From an uncultured Bacteroidales bacterium (GTDB taxonomy: Bacteria > Bacteroidota > Bacteroidia > Bacteroidales > UBA10428), in the NCBI GenBank assembly GCA_964456825.1, contig CAYWCR010000012.1, forward strand, positions 1,223 to 65,222: DNA of 64,000 bases. The letters run 5' to 3'. A program made the translations under genes and the position numbers. Shown piece by piece: positions 58,550 through 64,000 of the stretch (the stretch's first letter is position 1; each line of letters opens with the position of its first letter). The notes under the pieces are model-generated. The model was given only the letters and a program-made list of their open reading frames with translations. It was not told where the DNA came from and did not search any database.

Positions 58550-59935
58550 TTGGTGAAGAAATATCTTGCTATAGTAAAAAAAGAGTATCTTCAGGTCGTA
58601 CGTGACCTGCCCGGGCTTGCCATCCTATTCCTTATGCCGGCCCTGATGTTGATTGTCATTGCCCTTACCCAGGAAAAGGTGATTATCGGTAGGGAATCCG
58701 GAATGAGGATCATCCTTGTCAATGCCGATTCATCGGCCTTCGGCAACAGCATCGGGAATGAAATGAAAGCTAATCTTCGTTTTGACCTGGTGGCATATGC
58801 TTCAGAGAAAGAAGCAGAAAAAGATGTTTTTAACGGAAAATTTCAGTTGATGGTGGTAATCCCGGATAGTTCTACGGAAAGACTAGTGGCATCGGCCCGC
58901 CGTCAAAGTTGCGATATTACCGGGATCTCAACGGAGGGAGATGAAAAACAGTCCGCCGTTATTTTGCTATATGATCCTGCCGTAATGGAGATATACAAGG
59001 ACATGCTGGCTTCATCCCTGCATATGATCATCGAATCGACAGCGATGAAAATATTCATGGAAACATATAAGGAGTCTATAAAATCAGATATTGCAGAGCA
59101 ATTTGCAGCTTATAGAAAAGAATTGCTGTCCGTTGATGTTATCAGTGAAATGCCTGACTTTCCCTATAAAAAGCAGGTTTTGCAGCAATTTAAATCAGGT
59201 ATAGAAAAGAGGAGGGGGGAAACAATTCAGATTAAGCTGCCCCAAGATAATAAGTCATGCAAGAGTCTTGTTACGATAAAAGAGACAAGCGCCGGCAACA
59301 AAATCTATAACCTGAAACCCGATATCGTCAAAAACAATGTTCCCGCCTTCATCCTGTTTGCCATGTTTTTTATTGTCATACCCCTGGCCGGCAGCATTAT
59401 CAATGAAAAGCAACAGGGAACAAAAGACCGGCTGATGACCCTGCCGGTTTCAGGTTTTACTTTTCTTTCGGGCAAGATTACTGTTTACCTTTTGGTCTGT
59501 ATCCTGCAATTCATGCTGATGGTTGGCATCGGAATATACATCTTCCCGCGTATCAGCCAGTTGCCTCCGCTATCTCTTGACGTGAATCCTGGTGCGCTTT
59601 GGGCGGTCGTAATAGCATCCGGACTGGCCGCCATCGGATTTGGCATGTTGATAGGGACTGTATCAACCACCTACGGTCAGGCCGCTCCGTTAGGATCTGT
59701 GATGGTTGTTGTACTGGCCATTCTGGGAGGCATTTTTGTCCCGTCTTTCATGATGCCTGATTTAATCCGAAAGATTAGCATCATTTCACCCTTACGTTGG
59801 GGGACTGATGCTTTTTTCAGTATTTTTGCCAGGGGAGCAGGAATAAAGGTTGTCCTCCCCCAATTAATTTCTTTATTGATATTTTTTGGAATAGCAATGC
59901 TTGTTTCTATGAGGGTATATACGAAACGAAAATGA
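58550..59935 (+). CDS. ABC-2 type transporter permease, copy 2
   Basis: Same architecture as copy 1. TTG (58550) or GTG (58553) start. Confidence 0.8.
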   Translation: MVKKYLAIVKKEYLQVVRDLPGLAILFLMPALMLIVIALTQEKVIIGRESGMRIILVNADSSAFGNSIGNEMKANLRFDLVAYASEKEAEKDVFNGKFQLMVVIPDSSTERLVASARRQSCDITGISTEGDEKQSAVILLYDPAVMEIYKDMLASSLHMIIESTAMKIFMETYKESIKSDIAEQFAAYRKELLSVDVISEMPDFPYKKQVLQQFKSGIEKRRGETIQIKLPQDNKSCKSLVTIKETSAGNKIYNLKPDIVKNNVPAFILFAMFFIVIPLAGSIINEKQQGTKDRLMTLPVSGFTFLSGKITVYLLVCILQFMLMVGIGIYIFPRISQLPPLSLDVNPGALWAVVIASGLAAIGFGMLIGTVSTTYGQAAPLGSVMVVVLAILGGIFVPSFMMPDLIRKISIISPLRWGTDAFFSIFARGAGIKVVLPQLISLLIFFGIAMLVSMRVYTKRK

Positions 59936-59971
59936 ACAATTCATGATTTCTTTAGCAAGATTCACGGGGTT

Positions 59972-60484
59972 ATGAAAGAAAAAGATATTCTGATCGATTA
60001 TAAGGATCACCAGGTTGTCCTGTATGCTGAAAAGAGTGATAACACTATCGGACCTGTACAGACCGGCTCTTATGTTACCAGTCATTATTATAATGAATTC
60101 TTAAGCCTTATGGGAAGCCTGGAAAGGTCTCTATACGAAAAGCTGCAGAAAGGAGAGATCAGTCCTGTCTTCCTTTACATGACCCTTGAAGAACTTACCG
60201 TGTCAGAACTGGCGCTGAGGGTGAAGATCCCCTTGCGCAGGGTAAAAAAGCATCTCACCGTCAAGCATTTCCCTGCCGTCAAAGTAGATGAACTCAGGCG
60301 TTATGCAGAAGTATTCAATATTCCCGTGGCCAATTTTTTTCAGGTCATTGCTACACGACAGGATAACAAATGGCGCATGGGTTATTCGGCCGATATGGAA
60401 AATAAAAAACCGTTGACCATCTCCCAAGAAGAGACGAATAATCCTTATGTTGTTTTCACCAAACCCGAGATCAACCAGCCATGA
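59972..60484 (+). CDS. Small HTH-like protein, paralogue 2
   Basis: ISPVFLYMTLEELTVSELALRVKIPLRRVKKHLTVKHFPAVKVDELRRYAEVFNIPV aligns with paralogue 1. ATGA overlap with the next gene. Confidence 0.6.
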   Translation: MKEKDILIDYKDHQVVLYAEKSDNTIGPVQTGSYVTSHYYNEFLSLMGSLERSLYEKLQKGEISPVFLYMTLEELTVSELALRVKIPLRRVKKHLTVKHFPAVKVDELRRYAEVFNIPVANFFQVIATRQDNKWRMGYSADMENKKPLTISQEETNNPYVVFTKPEINQP

Positions 60485-61485
60485 GCACCATCCCTTTCAG
60501 TCATGTTATGGCTGCTCATTGTGAATCAGGCACGGTGACTGCCTTATTGAACTTTCATGGATTGAAAGTCTCAGAGCCTATGGTTTTCGGAATATCCGGT
60601 GGTATCTTTTTCGGTTATATGAAAACACCGATGCATACATTCCCCTCGGTTTTCGCAAGGATTAAACCAGGCCATATCCTGAAGAACTTTTCAAAAAGGA
60701 CAGGGATAGAATTTAAAACCAGAACATATAAAGACCCGGCTAAAGCTGAAATGGAGCTGGATAGCTTGCTGGAACAGAACCAACCCGTTGGCATCCAGGT
60801 GGACTTCTTTTATATGGACTATTTTCCTTCCTGGTATCGCGTTCATATTAATGTGCATTTTCTCACGGTCATTGGAAAAAAAGGGGATAAATATATCGTT
60901 AGTGATTGTTATCATCCTGTAATTACGGAGATCGGAAAAGATTCGCTTCGCAAGGGCAGATTTGCCGGAGGCAGTATGGCCCCCAGGGGATTCATGTGTT
61001 ACCCTGTAAATGTGCCCAAAGATAAGGATTTCAGCAAAGGAATTATAACCGGTATTAAAACTGCCACTTTCAACATGCTCAGGATTCCCATGCCCTTTTT
61101 AGGCGTTAAAGGGATCCGGCGATTTGCCGACAAAATTTCCGAATGGCCAAAATATGCAAGGGATACCGAACAGCTGGCTCATGAAATCTTCAAGATCAAT
61201 GTTATGCTGGAAGACCAGGGCACCGGAGGAGGTGGATTCCGTTACCTCTATGCCTCTTTCCTGCGGGAAGCAGCTCAGCTGATGAACAGACCTGAATGGC
61301 ATGAGCTTTCCGGGAGGTTGATGGATATCGGTGACGGATGGAGGCAGATATCCCTGTTTGCTTCCAGAATTGGGAAAAGCCGTGATCTTGGTGTTCCAAA
61401 ACTGAAAGAACTGGGTAAACTGATAAGCGCCAGGGCTGATCTTGAGTATTGTTTCTTTAATGATTTAAGAAAGACTATTGCATGA
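60481..61485 (+). CDS. BtrH_N-domain (papain-like Cys fold) protein, paralogue 2
   Basis: AAHCESG...SEPMVFGISGGIFF, NVHFLTVIG, VSD, GVKGIRRF, GTGGGGFRYLYASFLRE. Roughly one third of residues are identical to paralogue 1 by eye. Confidence 0.7.
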   Translation: MSTIPFSHVMAAHCESGTVTALLNFHGLKVSEPMVFGISGGIFFGYMKTPMHTFPSVFARIKPGHILKNFSKRTGIEFKTRTYKDPAKAEMELDSLLEQNQPVGIQVDFFYMDYFPSWYRVHINVHFLTVIGKKGDKYIVSDCYHPVITEIGKDSLRKGRFAGGSMAPRGFMCYPVNVPKDKDFSKGIITGIKTATFNMLRIPMPFLGVKGIRRFADKISEWPKYARDTEQLAHEIFKINVMLEDQGTGGGGFRYLYASFLREAAQLMNRPEWHELSGRLMDIGDGWRQISLFASRIGKSRDLGVPKLKELGKLISARADLEYCFFNDLRKTIA

Positions 61486-61775
61486 AGGAAAATCTGACAA
61501 ACATGACAGGACTTACCCTAAAGGATATCAAACTTGAAATAAAGAATTTGATCGTCACAACCCTGAATATGGGAAATGTTAATCCTGAAGAAATTCTGGA
61601 TGATGTTCCGTTATTGAGCGGCGAGAATGTGATCACCATTGACTCCATCGATGTGTTGGAAGTTGTTGTAGCCATTCAGAAACGGTTCAATGTCAGAATG
61701 GATGATCAGAATCTGGTACGGCATATCGTTAATACCGTCAACACCCTGGCAGATTTTGTCTATGCCCGGCAGTAA
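61482..61775 (+). CDS. Acyl carrier protein 2
   Basis: 97 aa. ITIDSIDVLEVVVAI phosphopantetheine motif. ATGA overlap with the upstream BtrH-like gene. Confidence 0.8.
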   Translation: MKENLTNMTGLTLKDIKLEIKNLIVTTLNMGNVNPEEILDDVPLLSGENVITIDSIDVLEVVVAIQKRFNVRMDDQNLVRHIVNTVNTLADFVYARQ

Positions 61776-61863
61776 AAAAACACAGTCTGCTCAAATACCT
61801 GAGTTGGTTCCCAAGTAAAAAACGCATGCTTTACCTTGTTTTACCAGTTAGATTGTATTTTCT

Positions 61864-62955
61864 ATGAACATGATCCATCTCCTGACCGGGATCAGGTCTC
61901 CTGTTTTGTTCAGGATGCTGGTGAGGAACGGAGTTTCATTTGGCCCCAATATGATACAGCTTCCGATGCTGCTGGTCAATTCTTTGATTTCCTCCATTCT
62001 GACTGGCGTTGAGAGAATAAAATATACCCAGAGTATCAAAAGGACCGTCATTGAAAAATCCCCTGTTTTTATCATTGGACATTGGCGTTCGGGGACAACC
62101 TATCTGCACCAGTTGATGCATCTAGATCCCCAGTTCACGGCTCCTTCAGTGGTACAGACCGTGATCCCCGACCACTTTCTGTTCAGTACAAAGTACTATA
62201 TCCCCGTCATGAAACTGTTGATGCCGAAAAAACGCCCCATGGATGAAGTGATGATCTCGCCCCTGGATCCGCAGGAAGATGAATTTGCATTGATCAGGTT
62301 GGGATCGGAAAGCCCGCTGGAGAAAATTGTTTTTCCGGCAGGCAATGAATATTTTCTTGCCGGTTATGATAAATATATCCCGGAGGGAGTAAGGCTGAAA
62401 GTATGGAAACAAAACCTGCTGAACTTTTACAAAAAGATAACATGGCTGACCGGCAAACAGATTGTGTCAAAGAATCCTTTCCATACCATGCGCATGCCAT
62501 TGTTGAGAAGCATGTTCCCGGGAGCCAGGTTTATTCATATCAGGCGTCATCCCTTCGAGGTTGTTCCCTCAACCATTAAGATGTGGAATACGGTTGCAGC
62601 ACATTACAGCCTTAAGAATGGCTGGAAAAAGCCCGGAATTGATGAGGTTTCATCGGTGCTGCGCTCCTTCGATGATTATGTATCTCATGAGAAACAACTG
62701 ATGGGTGAGCATGAATATGCCGAGGTACGTTTTGAGAATCTGGAGAAAGACCCCGTTGAAGAACTGAGAAAGATCTATGCTGAACTGAACCTGGAATTTT
62801 CCGGAACTTTCGAAAGGGAGATAAAAAGATTCCTGGAATCCCATAAGGAGTATGCAAAAAATATTTACCATCTGACCCAAAAGGAAAAGGATGTTATAGG
62901 GAGCATTCTGGGTGGAAATGTGGAACAGTGGAATTGTGGAATGATGGAAGACTGA
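61864..62955 (+). CDS. PAPS-dependent sulfotransferase family protein
   Basis: 5'-phosphosulfate-binding loop IIGHWRSGTTYLH and 3'-phosphate-binding block FIHIRRHPFEVVPS. Confidence 0.8.
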   Translation: MNMIHLLTGIRSPVLFRMLVRNGVSFGPNMIQLPMLLVNSLISSILTGVERIKYTQSIKRTVIEKSPVFIIGHWRSGTTYLHQLMHLDPQFTAPSVVQTVIPDHFLFSTKYYIPVMKLLMPKKRPMDEVMISPLDPQEDEFALIRLGSESPLEKIVFPAGNEYFLAGYDKYIPEGVRLKVWKQNLLNFYKKITWLTGKQIVSKNPFHTMRMPLLRSMFPGARFIHIRRHPFEVVPSTIKMWNTVAAHYSLKNGWKKPGIDEVSSVLRSFDDYVSHEKQLMGEHEYAEVRFENLEKDPVEELRKIYAELNLEFSGTFEREIKRFLESHKEYAKNIYHLTQKEKDVIGSILGGNVEQWNCGMMED

Positions 62956-63035
62956 GGTCGGAAGACCAAAGCAGGGGTGTTCCTTGTGGTCACCCTTCTG
63001 TATAGCCAATAAAAGATAAATCCTTTTCTTGCAGA

Positions 63036-63074
63036 CCTGCCTGCCATAGCGCAGGCCTAAGCAATGCAGGCAGG
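63036..63074. repeat. GCCTGCCTG-family inverted repeat at a convergent junction
   Basis: cctgcctgc (63036-63044) is complementary to gcaggcagg (63066-63074). It is followed by gcatgac/catgaccgcaagac words related to the 42193-42227 array. Confidence 0.7.
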
Positions 63075-63132
63075 CTGCAAAACTACCAGACTGCATGACT
63101 TCATGACCGCAAGACTAATTGACTTTTTGACT

Positions 63133-63819
63133 TCACGACCTGAATGCTGCAGCCTTTTGCAGAAATGCCCTTCCAATGCTGCCCGACATGTTATGGCTCA
63201 ATTCCATCCGTTCGGGATGCCATTGCACTCCCATCAGGAAATGAGAGGACTCTTTTTTGAGTTGAACGGCTTCAACCAGACCATCATCTGACCATGCCAC
63301 AGGTATCAGGCTACCGCCTATTCTACCGATAGCCTGGTGATGGCTGCTGTTCACCCTGTATTTGATGGCTTGTCCGTATTGGAAAAGATACGAGTCTTTC
63401 GCTACGGTGATCTCATGGGTTATATCTGTCTTGTTGCGGTGTTTTATCTTAATCCCTACTTCATCCGGTATATCAACTATCAACGATCCCTTAAAATAAA
63501 TATTGACCGCCTGCAATCCCCGGCAGATTGCCAGAAGGGGTATTTTGCTTTTTATGGCCGCATCAATCAGTTCTAACTCCAGCGTGTCCCTTTTGTCATC
63601 AATGCCGTCACACCGGTTTATCTCAATTGATTTTCCATACCTTGACGGATTGATATCTGCTCCACCGGTCAGTATTATTCCGGAACAGCGCAATAATAAC
63701 TTTTTTAAAGATGGTTCGCTTTTTGTATAAGCATTGGATAAATGAATGCCGGGATTAAGCCTTCTCAGCCAGGAAGAATAGTTGTCGTGCAGTGAAGATT
63801 TTGACAGGAGTATGATCAT
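63133..63819 (-). CDS. Class I glutamine amidotransferase-like gamma-glutamyl hydrolase (peptidase C26 / PuuD-like)
   Basis: Nucleophile elbow LLAICRGLQ, then SHHQAI and VQWHPE (His/Glu) blocks. Confidence 0.8.
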   Translation of the reverse strand: MIILLSKSSLHDNYSSWLRRLNPGIHLSNAYTKSEPSLKKLLLRCSGIILTGGADINPSRYGKSIEINRCDGIDDKRDTLELELIDAAIKSKIPLLAICRGLQAVNIYFKGSLIVDIPDEVGIKIKHRNKTDITHEITVAKDSYLFQYGQAIKYRVNSSHHQAIGRIGGSLIPVAWSDDGLVEAVQLKKESSHFLMGVQWHPERMELSHNMSGSIGRAFLQKAAAFRS

Positions 63820-63870
63820 ACGAGATCCGGATTAGCCAAAGGTGATAGGTAACATTGATTCACTTATCAC

Positions 63871-63893
63871 TGTTCATTGTTCATTGTTCACTG
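63871..63893. repeat. Heptamer array (TGTTCAY)x3, the reverse complement of AACAATG words
   Basis: tgttcat tgttcat tgttcac tg. It overlaps the stop and last codons of the minus-strand gene that ends at 63874. Confidence 0.85.
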
Positions 63894-64000
63894 TCCCCTT
63901 AACCACCTCTCCCTTAATGATCAGGGTTTCACTTCCTTCTCCGGCATTGGATTCAATAATTACGGATTTCTGAAAATAGCCGGTGTTCTGAGCATCGAAA
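63874..64000 (-). CDS. Hypothetical protein, C-terminal fragment (start lies outside the window)
   Basis: The minus-strand frame is open from the window edge: FDAQNTGYFQKSVIIESNAGEGSETLIIKGEVVKGTVNNEQ, then stop (tca at 63874-63876). Not in the ORF track because it has no Met in the window. Confidence 0.5.
   Translation of the reverse strand, partial: FDAQNTGYFQKSVIIESNAGEGSETLIIKGEVVKGTVNNEQ

Noticed and set aside
48023-62955. Calling the cluster a canonical flexirubin or aryl-polyene locus
   Set aside because: The hallmark genes are absent from the cluster: tyrosine/histidine ammonia-lyase, aryl-CoA ligase, KR, DH, LolA-like protein and lipid acyltransferases. I therefore report it only as a DarAB-containing, resorcinol-type cluster of unknown product.
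48023-62955. The cluster as a recently acquired genomic island
   Set aside because: I saw no integrase, transposase, tRNA target or flanking direct repeats. The same intergenic word repeats occur inside and outside the cluster, which argues for long residence in this genome.
1-64000. tRNA, rRNA or other canonical RNA genes in the longer spacers (4844-5398, 15499-15785, 24166-24405, 47677-48022)
   Set aside because: I saw no cloverleaf-compatible GTTCRANYC T-loop or acceptor pairing in these spacers. Apart from the attenuator at 24381-24540, I recognised no riboswitch-like conserved cores. A covariance-model scan would be needed to be certain.

Overview
This 64-kb chromosomal segment reads as Bacteroidota: it has T9SS C-terminal sorting domains, ECF sigma/FecR/STN modules, TAnnTTTG -7 boxes and GH127/RhaM/RhaT sugar genes. 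It carries about 60 protein genes. I found no rRNA, tRNA, CRISPR array, transposase or integrase. From left to right the window contains: (1) a glycan and rhamnose/arabinose utilisation block (1-10.2 kb). (2) Housekeeping genes: M28 peptidase, patatin-Omp85 protein, DHOD-like protein, YggS, mdh, an ECF sigma factor, uvrA, three secreted hypotheticals and nth. (3) An aromatic amino-acid operon, pheA-DAHPS/CM-aroB-aroD-aroC-tyrA. It is preceded by a 20-codon Phe/Tyr-rich leader ORF plus an intrinsic terminator, a classic attenuator layout that is absent from the ORF track. (4) An ECF sigma/FecR unit whose downstream partners lack a TonB-dependent beta-barrel. (5) An aldose 1-epimerase gene interrupted by one in-frame TGA. 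(6) A LacI-linked sugar-acid locus (UxaE-like, UxuB-like SDR, PfkB kinase, LarA-like), followed by pdxB and gnd. (7) The best candidate for a new system: a compact ~15-kb lipid/polyketide-type biosynthetic cluster (48.0-63.0 kb). It combines DarA/DarB-like resorcinol genes, a KS/CLF pair, two ACPs, an O-methyltransferase and a sulfotransferase. It also holds a duplicated, permuted module of small HTH-like protein + BtrH_N-like Cys-fold enzyme + ABC ATPase + ABC-2 permease. Independently, many intergenic spacers are built from a small vocabulary of 7-8-nt words in short tandem arrays. The same words recur at many loci on both strands, sometimes supplying stop codons or abutting start codons. 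There is also a family of GCCTGCCTG-type nested palindromes. All functional calls rest on motif recognition in the translations; no database search was possible.
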